Shown: positions 51,896-62,236, counted from the first letter of the stretch. The stretch is DNA of 64,000 nt from an uncultured Actinomycetes bacterium (GCA_963709345.1 CAVPVX010000003.1:60961-124960), one strand, 5' to 3'. Notes: a model not told the origin generated them from the letters alone. Made by a program: numbers and translations.

Positions 51896-52375
51896 TCAGA
51901 GCCCCAGGATCTTCATGATGTCGTGGCGGGAAATGACGCCCACCACCTTGCCATCCTCCTCCACCGGGACCCTGTCGAATCTGTGCTTCGACATCAGACG
52001 AGCGGCGGCGTGCGCCGGGTCGTCGGGCCTCACGGTCAGCGGAGCCGGCGTCATGAGGTCGGCGACGGTCGCCGCCGCGGCCTTCTGGAGCTGCTCCTTG
52101 AACTTCTTCTGGCTGCCCAGGTAGATGATGCTGTCGAAAAGCTCGAAGTAGTGCGGCATCTTGACGTCGGCGTTCATCGCCATGAGGTCGCCCTCCGTGA
52201 CGATGCCGACGAGGAAACCCTGGGCATCGACGACGGGAACGCCGCCGACCTTGTACTCGCGGAACAACGCGACGAGGTCCTTCACCGTGACGTCGGGCGT
52301 CACCGTGACGGCCGGTGTCGTCATGATGTCGCGGGCGAGGGGCTCGCCTTCAGCGGGGGTGTCAGTCGTGGTCAT
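51896..52375 (-). CDS. CBS-domain pair protein
   Basis: ARDIMT, GVPVVD, GIVTEGD, ADLMT, GVISRHD. Confidence 0.9.
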   Translation of the reverse strand: MTTTDTPAEGEPLARDIMTTPAVTVTPDVTVKDLVALFREYKVGGVPVVDAQGFLVGIVTEGDLMAMNADVKMPHYFELFDSIIYLGSQKKFKEQLQKAAAATVADLMTPAPLTVRPDDPAHAAARLMSKHRFDRVPVEEDGKVVGVISRHDIMKILGL

Positions 52376-53942
52376 GGCTGTCCTCCTGAGGACCGGCTTT
52401 GAGCCGCTCCACAGCGGCGGGCAGGTAGTGGAACAGGTCTGTGGCGACCATGCAGTCCGTGCCCACCGCCTCCTCAGCCGCCAGATCGGCGGCGAGGCCG
52501 TGCAGGTAGGCGCCCAGACAGGCGGCGTCGGTGGCCGGCAGGCCCTTGGCGAGCTGGGCGACGACGACACCGGTCAGCACATCGCCGGTGCCGGGCGTGG
52601 CGAGGCCGGGGTTGCCGGTCGGGACGAGGTAGGCCCTTCCCGACGGGTCGGCGACGATGGTCGCCTCGCCCTTGAGGACGACGGTGACGTCGCCCCGCTG
52701 CGCGGCGGCGCGGGCGCAGTCGAGGCGCTGGGCCGCCACCTCGACGGCCGGGCGGCCGAGCAGGCGGCCCAGCTCGCCCTCGTGCGGCGTGAGCACCGTC
52801 GGCGCCGTGCGCCCGGCGAGCAGTTCGGGCCGGTCGCCGAGCGCGAACAAGCCGTCGGCGTCGAGCACGAGCGGCCGGTCGAGGCCCACGAGCTCCTTGA
52901 CGAGGAGCTGCGCCTCGTCCGTCCGGCCGAAGCCGGGGCCGACCGCGACGGCCTTGAGCTGTTCGGCCTGTTCGAAGACGGCGCCGCGCGCCGCCATGCC
53001 GAACCGGCCGTCGTCGCCCGGCGCCGTGATGGTGATGACCTCGGCGAACGGCTTGCCCGCGCCGGCCCCGCTGGGCAGCAGGCAGTGCACGAGCCCGGCG
53101 CCGCTCCGCAGGGCCGCGAACGCGGCCATGTGGGCCGCACCCTCCATCCCCTTCGAGCCACCGACGACGAGCACGGTGCCGACCGAGCGCTTGTGGTCGA
53201 GCGCGCTCTTGGGCACGATGAGATCGCCCATCGCGTCGTCGGTGAGCAGCCAGGCGTCGGGGCCATGATCGCAGAGCACCGGGATGCCGATGGGCACGAT
53301 CACGACCTCCCCCGAGAACGCGCCCCCCGGCGTGACGAAGTGGCCGATCTTGGCGGCGTGCAGCGCCACCGTGAGATCGGCGAACACCGCGGGGCCATGC
53401 ACGGCGCCGGAGTCCGCACCGACGCCGCTGGAGATGTCGACACTTACGACGTCGCCGGGCGCCTCGTTCATGAGCTGGATGACCGCGGCGGCCGGGCCTT
53501 CAGCCGCCCCGGTGAGCCCGATGCCGAAGACGGCGTCGACGACGACGTCGGCCATCTCGGTGAGCAGCATCGCGTCTTCGGCGAGCACACCGTCGTCGTC
53601 GGTCGCCGGTCGGATGTCCACGCCGAGCGCGCCGAGGATGTCGAGGTTCAGCTTGGCGTCGCCCCTGTAGTCCGCAGCCGGCGCGAGCGTGAAGACGGTG
53701 ACCTCGACACCCGCGTCGTAGAGCTCGCGCGCGATGACGAACCCGTCGCCGCCGTTGTTGCCCTTGCCGGCGAACACGACCGCCTCTTCGGGCGCGAAGC
53801 GCTCGAGGATCTCGGTGGCCACGGCCAGGCCGGCACGCTCCATCAGGTGTCCCCCAGGGATGCCGATGCCCTGGATTGCGGTGCCGTCGACCTTCTGCAT
53901 ACCGCTCGCCGTGTACAGACCCAGCAGCAGGGACTCATCCAT
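52362..53942 (-). CDS. nnr: Bifunctional NAD(P)HX epimerase/dehydratase
   Basis: LMERAG, GKGNNGGDG, GAGLV, DADGL, TPHEGE, GTGDVLTG. Confidence 0.93.
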   Translation of the reverse strand: MDESLLLGLYTASGMQKVDGTAIQGIGIPGGHLMERAGLAVATEILERFAPEEAVVFAGKGNNGGDGFVIARELYDAGVEVTVFTLAPAADYRGDAKLNLDILGALGVDIRPATDDDGVLAEDAMLLTEMADVVVDAVFGIGLTGAAEGPAAAVIQLMNEAPGDVVSVDISSGVGADSGAVHGPAVFADLTVALHAAKIGHFVTPGGAFSGEVVIVPIGIPVLCDHGPDAWLLTDDAMGDLIVPKSALDHKRSVGTVLVVGGSKGMEGAAHMAAFAALRSGAGLVHCLLPSGAGAGKPFAEVITITAPGDDGRFGMAARGAVFEQAEQLKAVAVGPGFGRTDEAQLLVKELVGLDRPLVLDADGLFALGDRPELLAGRTAPTVLTPHEGELGRLLGRPAVEVAAQRLDCARAAAQRGDVTVVLKGEATIVADPSGRAYLVPTGNPGLATPGTGDVLTGVVVAQLAKGLPATDAACLGAYLHGLAADLAAEEAVGTDCMVATDLFHYLPAAVERLKAGPQEDSHDHD

Positions 53943-54351
53943 CCTCGTCCTCCTTCAATGCGGCAGCGACGGCGTAGGCCAGGCCGCCGGTGTGACTCAG
54001 TGACACCTCGACCCTCGTCACGCCGAAGCGACGAGCGATGTCGGCGACGCCGCCGTGCAGCGCGATCAAGGGCTTGCCTCCGGAGAGTACCTCGATGTCG
54101 CGCCACACGAACCCGATGATACCGATTCCGAGCGCCTTGCCCACAGCCTCTTTGGCCGCGAACCGGGCGGCATAGCGCAGCCATGGATCGGCGAAGCCAT
54201 CGCAGTAGGACCGCTCCTGCTCGCTGAAGAGCCGCTCGTACGCGCGCGGCTGCCGCTCGAGCAGGCGGCGGATACGGGACGCCTCGGTCACGTCGATGCC
54301 AATGCCGAAGACGAGGCCGCCGGACGGGATCGCGGGGAGCCCGCCCGTCAT
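53935..54351 (-). CDS. acpS: Holo-ACP synthase
   Basis: GIGID, ARFAAKEAVGKALG, GKP, SLSH. Confidence 0.93.
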   Translation of the reverse strand: MTGGLPAIPSGGLVFGIGIDVTEASRIRRLLERQPRAYERLFSEQERSYCDGFADPWLRYAARFAAKEAVGKALGIGIIGFVWRDIEVLSGGKPLIALHGGVADIARRFGVTRVEVSLSHTGGLAYAVAAALKEDEDG

Positions 54352-54392
54352 GCCGTCCGGCCGCTCTGTCGTCGCCGGTTCACAGTGACGCG

Positions 54393-56219
54393 CTACTCGA
54401 CCGTCACCGTCTTGGCGAGATTGCGCGGCTGGTCGACGTTGAGGCCCTTCATCCCGGCGATGTGATAGGCAAGCAGCTGCAGCGGGATGACGGTCAAGAT
54501 CGGCGACAGGTGATGGTCGGTCTTCGGAACCCAGAGCACGTCGCGCGAGAGCTCGACGATCGCCTCGTTTCCGTCTGTCGCGACGGCGATCACGTCGGCG
54601 CCGCGGGCGCGGACCTCCTCGATGTTGCTCACCAGCTTGGGGAACACCGGGCCATCGTCGGCGACGACCACGACAGGCGATTCCGTGTCGAGCAGCGCGA
54701 TCGGCCCGTGCTTCATCTCGCCGGCCGCGTAGGCCTCGGTGGGGATGTAACTGATCTCCTTGAGTTTGAGCGCGCCCTCGAGGCAGACCGCGTAGCCCAT
54801 CCCGCGCCCCAGATAGAGGAAGAACCGCTCACCGTGATAGCGGCCGGCGATCTCCTCGATGGCGCTGGGGCGGGCGAGGAGCTGCTCGGCGAGCTCGGGA
54901 ACGGTGCGCAGTTCGTGGCCGAGCCGCTTGAGCTCGTCCTCGCTCTGCGCGCCGCGAGCCCAAGCGAGCCGCAGGGCGATGAGCAGGAGCGCGGCAACCT
55001 GCGCGGTGTGCGTCTTGGTCGCCGCCACCCCGACCTCGAGGCCGGCGCGTGTGAAGAGCACGTAGTCGGCATCGCGCGTCGCTTGGCTGCCCATGATATT
55101 GGTGAGCGCGAGCACCGGCGAGCCGGCCTCTCGCGCGAGGCGCATCGCCGCGAGCGTGTCGGCCGTCTCGCCCGACTGCGTGATGCCGATGACCAGGGTG
55201 TCAGGGTCGATCACCGGCTGGCGGTAGCGGAACTCGCTGGCGACGTCGATCTGCACCGGCACGCGCGCCAGCTGCTCGATGGCGTAGCTGACGATCAGGC
55301 CGGCGTGGTAGCTGGTGCCGCAGGCGACGATGAAGATGCGCCGCACACGGCGCAGGAACTCGTCGCCCATCCCCACCTCGGAGAGGTCGACGCAGCCGTC
55401 CTCGCACAGCCGGCCGGCGAGCGTGTCGCGAAGCGCTGCCGGCTGCTCGTGGATCTCCTTCAGCATGAAGGTCTCGTAACCGCCCTTCTCGGCGGCGTCA
55501 TCGTCGCCAGGGAACTCGATCTCCTCGCGAACGATGGGAACGCCGGCGACGTCGGTGTACTCCGCGCCCTCGGCGCGGAGGGTGACGACGTCGCCGTCCT
55601 CGAGCACGACGACCCGTCGCGTGTGTGCGAGGAAGGCCGGAATAGCGGACGCGAAGAACATCTCGCCGTCTCCGACCCCGACGACCAGCGGGCACTCGTG
55701 GCGCGTGCCCACCACGACGTCCGGCTCGTCGGCGGAGATGGCGCAGAAGGCATAGTGACCGTCCAGCTCGGGCAGCGTGGCGCGCACGGCCGCCGTGAGC
55801 CCCTCGCCGGCGTTCTCCTCGATGAGATGAGCCACGACCTCTGCGTCGGTCTCACTGGTGAATCCGTGGCCGCGCTCCGTGAGCCGGGCGCGCAGGTCCT
55901 TGTGATTCTCGATGATCCCGTTGAGCACGATGGAGATGCGGCCGCTGCAGTCGACGTGCGGATGGGCGTTCGCCTCGTTCGGGCGGCCGTGGGTGGCCCA
56001 GCGGGTGTGCCCGAGACCGACGGTAGCGCTCGAGCCGTTCGTGCCGGCGGCGGCGAACAGAGCGTCCAGATTACCGACGGCGCGCACCACCTCGATACCT
56101 CCGGGCTCAATCAGAGCGAGCCCCGCCGAGTCGTAGCCGCGGTACTCCAGACGCTTGAGCCCGTCGAGGATGATCAGCTTGCCGGCGCGGCCGCCGGCGT
56201 AGCCTACGATGCCGCACAT
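54393..56219 (-). CDS. glmS: Glutamine-fructose-6-phosphate transaminase
   Basis: MCGIVG, LEYRGYDSAG, GHTRWATHG, QSGETADT, PRNLAKTVTVE. Confidence 0.98.
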   Translation of the reverse strand: MCGIVGYAGGRAGKLIILDGLKRLEYRGYDSAGLALIEPGGIEVVRAVGNLDALFAAAGTNGSSATVGLGHTRWATHGRPNEANAHPHVDCSGRISIVLNGIIENHKDLRARLTERGHGFTSETDAEVVAHLIEENAGEGLTAAVRATLPELDGHYAFCAISADEPDVVVGTRHECPLVVGVGDGEMFFASAIPAFLAHTRRVVVLEDGDVVTLRAEGAEYTDVAGVPIVREEIEFPGDDDAAEKGGYETFMLKEIHEQPAALRDTLAGRLCEDGCVDLSEVGMGDEFLRRVRRIFIVACGTSYHAGLIVSYAIEQLARVPVQIDVASEFRYRQPVIDPDTLVIGITQSGETADTLAAMRLAREAGSPVLALTNIMGSQATRDADYVLFTRAGLEVGVAATKTHTAQVAALLLIALRLAWARGAQSEDELKRLGHELRTVPELAEQLLARPSAIEEIAGRYHGERFFLYLGRGMGYAVCLEGALKLKEISYIPTEAYAAGEMKHGPIALLDTESPVVVVADDGPVFPKLVSNIEEVRARGADVIAVATDGNEAIVELSRDVLWVPKTDHHLSPILTVIPLQLLAYHIAGMKGLNVDQPRNLAKTVTVE

Positions 56220-56269
56220 GCGTGCTCCCTTCCTTTGGTCAGGGCGCAGATGAGCAGGCTGCGGACGGC

Positions 56270-56430
56270 ACCTTCGGGCCGCGTTGTTCCGCCGTCGCCG
56301 GCGGGTTTTGACGACTCGATATCGACCGTGCCGGGCCGGGAGGCATCCGCCGAATCTTTCGATGAACCTCCACCTCGTCACCCGCGCGGGGCGCCCCTTC
56401 GGGGTTCCGCACGCGGGCCAGGCGCTCAGG
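56270..56430 (-). ncRNA. glmS ribozyme (GlcN6P-activated self-cleaving riboswitch)
   Basis: Minus strand AGCGCCUGG...GACGAGGUGGAGGUUCAUCGAAAGAUUCGGCGGAUGCCUCCCGG matches the conserved core; lies in the glmS 5' UTR; TAGAAT -10 at 56475-56480. Confidence 0.93.
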
Positions 56431-56513
56431 TTGCTGACGGGTGTCCGCGCCGCCGGTCTGCGTATGTGACGGCCATTCTACCCCGTCGCCGGAGACGGCG
56501 CGTTAGCGGCGTG

Positions 56514-57851
56514 CTACGCGAGCTGCTCCTCGACGACGGCGACGATGCGCGAGCAGGCGCCCTCGACGTCTTCGTGGGTGGGCGCCTCGGCCATCACGCG
56601 CACCAGAGGCTCGGTGCCGGAGGGGCGCACGAGCACGCGGCCGCTGCCGTCCAGCCGGCGGGTCTCTTCGTCGACCGCCGCCCACACGGCAGCAGCCCCA
56701 TCGAGCGCCGCCAGATCACGGACGCGTACGTTGACGAGCTTCTGCGGCAGGCGCGTCATCACCCTGGCAGCCTCGGCCAGCGACATGTCCATGTCACGCA
56801 AGGCCTGCAGGAGCAGGAGCGCCGTCGCGAGACCGTCGCCGGTCGTGCTCACATCGCGGTTGATGATGTGGCCGGACTGCTCCCCGCCGAGCAGGTAGTC
56901 ACCCGCGAGCATCTCCGCGACCACGTAGCGGTCGCCGACCGAGGTGACGATCACCTCGATGCCCTCGCGCTGCATCGCCAGATGAAAGCCGAGGTTGGTC
57001 ATCACCGTGGTGACGACCGTCTCGCGCCGGAGCCGTCCCTGCGCCTTCAGATGCCTGGCGAGGATGGCGATGATGAAGTCGCCGTCCACCAGTTCGCCAA
57101 GGGAGTCCACGGCGAGCACGCGGTCACCGTCGCCGTCAAAGGCGAGGCCGAGGTCGAAGCCGTCGTCGGCCACCGCCCTCTGGAGCGCACCCATGTGCGT
57201 ACTGCCGCACCCGCCGTTGATGTTGGTGCCGTCGGGCTGGTCGAAGAACACGGTCACCTCCGCCCCCGACTCGGCCAGAGCCAGAGGCGCAGCGCGGGAC
57301 ATGGCGCCGTTGGCGCAGTCGATTGCGATCTTCATGCCGCCGAGGTCGAGTGGGATGCGCTTGACCACGTCCCAGACGTAGCCTTCCACAGCACCCTCAA
57401 GCTGCTCAGCGCTGCCGAAGTCGGCCCCGGCCAGCGACCGCAGGTCGTGCTGGGCGATGTGCGCTTCGATCTCGGCCTCTTCCTCGTCGCTCAGCTTGAT
57501 GCCGGCGTCCGAGAAGAACTTGATGCCGTTGTCGTTGTAGGGATTGTGCGAGGCGCTGATGACAACGCCGGCGTCGGCGTCGCGCTGGTGGACCAGCGCG
57601 GCTAGCCCTGGCGTGGGAATCACGCCGGCGATCTCGACGCGGGCGCCGCCGCTCGTGAGGCCGGCCGTGAGCGCCGCCTCGAGCATCGGTCCTGAGAGAC
57701 GCGTGTCGCGGCCGATCACAAAGAGCGGGTGCGGGCCACCCTTCTGCGCGAGCACAACGGCCGCCGCGCGGCCGACCTGCACGGCGAACTCCGGAGTGAG
57801 CAGTTCGCCGGCGACGCCGCGGATGCCGTCAGTCCCGAAGTACATGCTCAT
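56514..57851 (-). CDS. glmM: Phosphoglucosamine mutase
   Basis: YFGTDGIRG, GRDTRLSG, ISASHNP, DGDGDR, GGEQSGH, RPSGTEP. Confidence 0.97.
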   Translation of the reverse strand: MSMYFGTDGIRGVAGELLTPEFAVQVGRAAAVVLAQKGGPHPLFVIGRDTRLSGPMLEAALTAGLTSGGARVEIAGVIPTPGLAALVHQRDADAGVVISASHNPYNDNGIKFFSDAGIKLSDEEEAEIEAHIAQHDLRSLAGADFGSAEQLEGAVEGYVWDVVKRIPLDLGGMKIAIDCANGAMSRAAPLALAESGAEVTVFFDQPDGTNINGGCGSTHMGALQRAVADDGFDLGLAFDGDGDRVLAVDSLGELVDGDFIIAILARHLKAQGRLRRETVVTTVMTNLGFHLAMQREGIEVIVTSVGDRYVVAEMLAGDYLLGGEQSGHIINRDVSTTGDGLATALLLLQALRDMDMSLAEAARVMTRLPQKLVNVRVRDLAALDGAAAVWAAVDEETRRLDGSGRVLVRPSGTEPLVRVMAEAPTHEDVEGACSRIVAVVEEQLA

Positions 57852-58125
57852 GCTGCGACCGCTCTCCGTTCTCGTGGGGTCGAGGGGCTCCCGCGCCCGT
57901 TGTGAACGACACGCCGACGCCGATGCTCAAGCCATGCTACGCGCGTCGTGCGAGGGTCGCAAACTTCGTCTCGGGGCCGCTGTCGGCACCCGGCACTCGG
58001 CCCGCTGGTCCCAGCTGCGGAAGTTCAGATGCACACCGAGGAGTCTCGCCATCAGCCGGACGGCCGCCCAGCCACGACACGAACCACGGAGACGGACATC
58101 ACCCGTCCCGGCACCCGGAGGATAC

Positions 58126-58242
58126 TCACGACCGCTTGCTTGCGTCCACGCCCTTCAGGATCTTGAGGTTGAGGGCGATGAAGCGCAGGATCTGGTAGAG
58201 CTTGTTGTTCATCCAGAAGCGATCACGCTCGGTGAACTGCAT
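58126..58242 (-). CDS. 38-aa small protein downstream of SQR
   Basis: MQFTERDRFWMNNKLYQILRFIALNLKILKGVDASKRS; AGAGAGG RBS overlapping SQR stop; GC3-rich codons. Confidence 0.7.
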   Translation of the reverse strand: MQFTERDRFWMNNKLYQILRFIALNLKILKGVDASKRS

Positions 58243-58253
58243 GGCGCGCCTCT

Positions 58254-59690
58254 CTACTCCGGGATGAGCCGCCAGCCTATACGGCCGCGGAGCTTGTACA
58301 TGAACGTGGTGTGGATCAACCGCTTCATCCACGCCCCGGCCAGCCCCATCTCCATATTGGTCACGAACAGGTCGCGTCCCTCTTCTCCGGGGTAGCGGGA
58401 ATGATCCGGGACGACGGGGTAGATCATGATGACCGCAGCGGATCCGTCCCACAGCGAGTCGCCCATCGAAGCGATACACGCCGCGTACATCTCTGTCATG
58501 CGCTCGCTGTGCGTCATCCGGCCCGTCTCGACGAGGGCCGCGATGTTCAGCGCGACAAGCCGGCCGATGACGCCGCAGACCATGCCAGTGCGCGGTGGCG
58601 CCGAAGAGATGTTGGTGCCATTCGGCGTTACGTGCGGAACGGAGATCGGCCCCGGCGGGGCAAAGGCGATCCCGGCAGCAAAGATCTGCGGATACGCCGG
58701 GTTCTGATACACGGCGGGCCACGCCTCGGGGTCCTTCGACAACTCGTCGTACGACAAGCCGTACTTGGCGTCCACCTTGACAAGCCCCGTGGAGGCGACG
58801 ACGTCCGCGGAAGCGTCGTTGCCATCCTTGTCGAGATACGCGAGCGGCTGCCCCAGAAAGCGGGGGATCAGCATGCTGAAATCGAAGTGCGTCTCGCCGC
58901 TCTCGCCCTCGAAGTCCTCCCAGAAGATCGTGCCTTCGTCCAGCCCCTGCACGCCCGTCTGAACCTGCCAGCGGATGCCGAACTCCTTGAAGATCGCCTC
59001 GATGAACTCGTCGCTCGAGAGGGTGCGCCCGTGACGGTGCACGCTCACGCCCCGGACTCCGAAATCCCCGAGGGCCTGCTCGTTCGAGAGCCAGAACAGG
59101 TCGGCGTTCTCCCGCACCCCACGCCGCACGAGATCCTTGTGGATGTTGGTGATGTACTCGAAGGCCGCACCCTGACAGGTGGACTCGGCATGCCCGGTGC
59201 CGATGACGAAGCGACGGCGCTCCCCCCTTGCGAGGCGCTCCACCTCATCAAGGTAACGGCCGCAAGCATGCTCGGCGTGCGGTCCGGTGCAGATCGACTC
59301 GCTGAATCCCGCGTCGGGACCGAGCCCGGGTGTCCCCGTGAAATCGAGCTTCGGTCCCGTGGCGATCACCAGATAATCGTAGTCGAGACGCGTCGTGCCC
59401 GCCGGGCCGTCGCCGTTCTCCACGACGACGAAGCGCTCGTCGGGGTGGACCTCGGTTGCGCGGCCTTGGACGAAATTCACGCCGAACTTCTTGTAGACGG
59501 GCCGCAGCAGAAAGCGGGTCTTCTGCGGGGCCATGCGCCCGATACCGACCCACACCCAGGATGGGATGAACGAGAAGTACTCCTGCCGGTTGACCACGGT
59601 GATCTCGTGGTCCCGGCTCAGGTCATGCCCCAGATGAAGCGCGGCGGTGTGACCCGCGAAACCAGCACCGATGATCACTACTCTGGCCAT
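58254..59690 (-). CDS. sqr: Sulfide:quinone oxidoreductase
   Basis: GAGFAG, FIPS, YDYLVIATG, SICT, TCQGAAFEY, PRTG, CIASMG. Confidence 0.85.
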   Translation of the reverse strand: MARVVIIGAGFAGHTAALHLGHDLSRDHEITVVNRQEYFSFIPSWVWVGIGRMAPQKTRFLLRPVYKKFGVNFVQGRATEVHPDERFVVVENGDGPAGTTRLDYDYLVIATGPKLDFTGTPGLGPDAGFSESICTGPHAEHACGRYLDEVERLARGERRRFVIGTGHAESTCQGAAFEYITNIHKDLVRRGVRENADLFWLSNEQALGDFGVRGVSVHRHGRTLSSDEFIEAIFKEFGIRWQVQTGVQGLDEGTIFWEDFEGESGETHFDFSMLIPRFLGQPLAYLDKDGNDASADVVASTGLVKVDAKYGLSYDELSKDPEAWPAVYQNPAYPQIFAAGIAFAPPGPISVPHVTPNGTNISSAPPRTGMVCGVIGRLVALNIAALVETGRMTHSERMTEMYAACIASMGDSLWDGSAAVIMIYPVVPDHSRYPGEEGRDLFVTNMEMGLAGAWMKRLIHTTFMYKLRGRIGWRLIPE

Positions 59691-59844
59691 CGTACCCGCC
59701 CTCGCTGTGGTCGAGCGTCACAGACAGGCTGCATCTTCTCACACCCCAGCGGAGCTGCCTAACGAACCCGAACCGCATCGGTTGGAACGGCGACGGGCCG
59801 CCGTAGGGCAGCCCGTCGGATTCGCTGGTGTGGCGGTGAACGCT

Positions 59845-60240
59845 CTAGCGCTTGCTGAACTGCGGCCGCTTGCGCGCCTTGTGGAAGCCGGCCTTCTTGC
59901 GCTCGACCTGACGGTCGTCGCGCGTCAAGAACCCGGCCCGCTTGAGCGGGGTGCGCAGGCTCTCGTCGGCCTCGCAGAGCGCGCGGGCGATGCCGTGACG
60001 CACGGCGCCGGCCTGCGCGGAGATGCCGCCGCCGTACACGTTGGCGGCCACGTCGAACTTGCCGTTCGTCCGCGTGGTCTCGAAGGGCATGAGGGCGATG
60101 GTCTCGAGGACCTTGCGCCCGAAGTAGGTGTCGATCTCGCGGCCGTTGATGGCCACCTTGCCCACGCCCGGGGTGAGGATCACGCGGGCGACGCTGGTCT
60201 TGCGCTTCCCGGTCGCGCGGTAGGTCACTGCATCAGCCAC
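59845..60240 (-). CDS. rpsI: 30S ribosomal protein S9
   Basis: [30 protein letters not shown]. Confidence 0.98.
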   Translation of the reverse strand: MADAVTYRATGKRKTSVARVILTPGVGKVAINGREIDTYFGRKVLETIALMPFETTRTNGKFDVAANVYGGGISAQAGAVRHGIARALCEADESLRTPLKRAGFLTRDDRQVERKKAGFHKARKRPQFSKR

Positions 60241-60243
60241 GCC

Positions 60244-60678
60244 TTACTCCTTGATCTCGAGCGCTTCGGGGTTCTGCGCCTCGTGGGGGTGCTCCGCTCC
60301 GGCGTAGACCTTGAGCTTGCGGAGCTGGGCGCGCCCGAGCTTGGTGTGAGGAAGCATGCCACGCACCGCGTGTCGGATGATCTCCTCGGGGCGGCGGGCG
60401 TGGAGCGAGGCGTAGGACTCGCTCTTGATGCCGCCGGGATAGCCCGAGTGATGGTAGTACATCTTCTGTTCGGGCTTGTGGCCCGTCACGACGATCTGCT
60501 CGGCGTTGATGATGACGACGAAATCGCCGGTGTCGATGGTGGGCGTGTAGATGGCCTTGCGCTTGCCGCGCAGACAGTCGGCGACGACGGTCGCGAGGCG
60601 GCCCAGGGTGTGACCCTTGGCGTCGACGACGTACCACTTCTTCTCGATCGTGGAAGGCTTGGCGACGTAAGTCTTCAT
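60244..60678 (-). CDS. rplM: 50S ribosomal protein L13
   Basis: WYVVDA, LGRLA, DTGDFV, HSGYPGG, RGMLP. Confidence 0.98.
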   Translation of the reverse strand: MKTYVAKPSTIEKKWYVVDAKGHTLGRLATVVADCLRGKRKAIYTPTIDTGDFVVIINAEQIVVTGHKPEQKMYYHHSGYPGGIKSESYASLHARRPEEIIRHAVRGMLPHTKLGRAQLRKLKVYAGAEHPHEAQNPEALEIKE

Positions 60679-60836
60679 GCGCTCACTCGTTCGGTAGCAG
60701 GATGCGCGCCCGACGTGGACGCGCGAAGGGGAACTATAGCGAATCGTGGCGTGACGCGCAACACGCGCCGCGGCCGGGCGCTCCCGGCGGGCGACGGCGC
60801 GCTCTGACGAGGCGAGCGGCGGAGCCGCGACCGTTG

Positions 60837-61643
60837 TCAGCCGCGGCGCCGCAACCGCACCTCGTCGCCGGCGTCAAGGCCGAGTACCCCAGCCGCGGAA
60901 CCGGCGTTGACGGCCACCGACGCCTGGCCGTAGCTGTCGATCAGCACGACGATGTCGCTGGGCCGCACCGAGGCGAACGTGCGCGCGACCCGGGCAAGGT
61001 ACCTCTCGCCGCCGGTGACGAGCTCGACGTCCCCGGTGAGCTTCGCCTTCTCGAGGTCGTGGGCGCGCAGGTTGAGGGCGACGTTGCCGAAACGGTCGAC
61101 GAGCACAGCGATGGCGGTGAGCCCATCACGATGACGCTGGGGCTCGGGCACGTCGATGCGGTCGAGAGCCTCGGGATCAGCGACGACGCCGACGGTCTCG
61201 AGCGTCAGACCCTTGGCCAGGCGGGCCGCGACCGGGGCGAAGACGTCGCGACCGTGGAAGGTCGCCGAGAGCGGGCTGAGCCAGAGCTCGTCGTTGGTGA
61301 GGAATCGTGCCTCGCGCACGCCGCCGTCGGCGTCCACGGCCTGCATCAGCAGGCCGTTGTCGGGACCCACGAACAATCGGTCGCCGGCGCTGCGCAGGGC
61401 GACCGGACGGCGCAAGCCGCCGACCCCGGGGTCGACGACGGCGAGGATCACCGCCTTGTCCGGCATGTACGGCAGCGTGTTGCGCAGCACGACGGCGCCG
61501 GCCAGCACGTCACGCTCGGGCAGGCCATGCGTGACGTCGATCACGCGCACGTCCGGCGCGACGCGCGCGATAACGGCCCGACAGGTGCCGGCGAAGTCGT
61601 CCGTGTAGCCGTAGTCGCTGAGGAAGCAAATCGGGCGGGTCAT
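60837..61643 (-). CDS. SAM hydroxide adenosyltransferase (DUF62; chlorinase/fluorinase family)
   Basis: [38 protein letters not shown]. Confidence 0.9.
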   Translation of the reverse strand: MTRPICFLSDYGYTDDFAGTCRAVIARVAPDVRVIDVTHGLPERDVLAGAVVLRNTLPYMPDKAVILAVVDPGVGGLRRPVALRSAGDRLFVGPDNGLLMQAVDADGGVREARFLTNDELWLSPLSATFHGRDVFAPVAARLAKGLTLETVGVVADPEALDRIDVPEPQRHRDGLTAIAVLVDRFGNVALNLRAHDLEKAKLTGDVELVTGGERYLARVARTFASVRPSDIVVLIDSYGQASVAVNAGSAAGVLGLDAGDEVRLRRRG

Positions 61644-61689
61644 GCACCGAACCTACGACGAAGCGCGCCGCGGCGCAACAGGCGCGCCG

Positions 61690-62236
61690 TCTTGAGCGTG
61701 ACCGGGGCAGACGCTCGCAAGCTGAGTCGAGCCGCCCAGGGAGCAGCGCCGGTCAAGGAACTGCTCTACGCGAACCGGTTCCTCTCGCGCGGGTTCCTGC
61801 CGGACAACGCGTACGATGTCACGCGCACGAAGCCCATGTACTCCTTCAGCCGTCATATGGACCTGGACGCCACGCGGCTCCTCCCGAATCCCAGCTGGAC
61901 CGGCCCGCTCGAGACGCGGCGTTCGCAGACGTACTTCGAGACGACGATGCGCATCTACAACGACCACGACGTCATCCCCCTGGTCGTGATCGTGCCCTAC
62001 CAGCCGAAGGCACTCCGCGCCTTCCGGGCCGCCGGGTCCAGAAGCATCTCGACGTGCTGGCCTCGTGCCCCCGGGATGCGCGGACGCGCTGCGACGTCCG
62101 CGTGCTCGACCTCGTCGACATCGCATCGTTCGACGAGAGCCCGCGCGGCTTCTACGGCGGCGCTCACGTCACGCGAGAGAATACCCGCCGCATCGTCCGC
62201 CACGCGGTGGGTGCGGCTCCCGAGTGCTTCCGCTGA
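61690..62236 (+). pseudogene. Truncated, frameshifted remnant of an SGNH/DltD-like protein
   Basis: Protein-like frame (…YFETTMRIYNDHDVIPLVVIVPYQP…) shifts near 62040 into …VLDLVDIASF…FYGGAHVTRENTRRIV; no clear start. Confidence 0.45.

Noticed and set aside
54462-57605. Very long plus-strand ORFs (also 38013-40979, 4377-6764, 33177-35468)
   Set aside because: Antisense shadows of real high-GC genes, with no recognisable motifs.
60837-61643. Fluorinase or chlorinase
   Set aside because: It keeps the DUF62 Asp/Arg/His-type motifs (DPGVG..R, TFHGRD) in a housekeeping context with no biosynthetic cluster.
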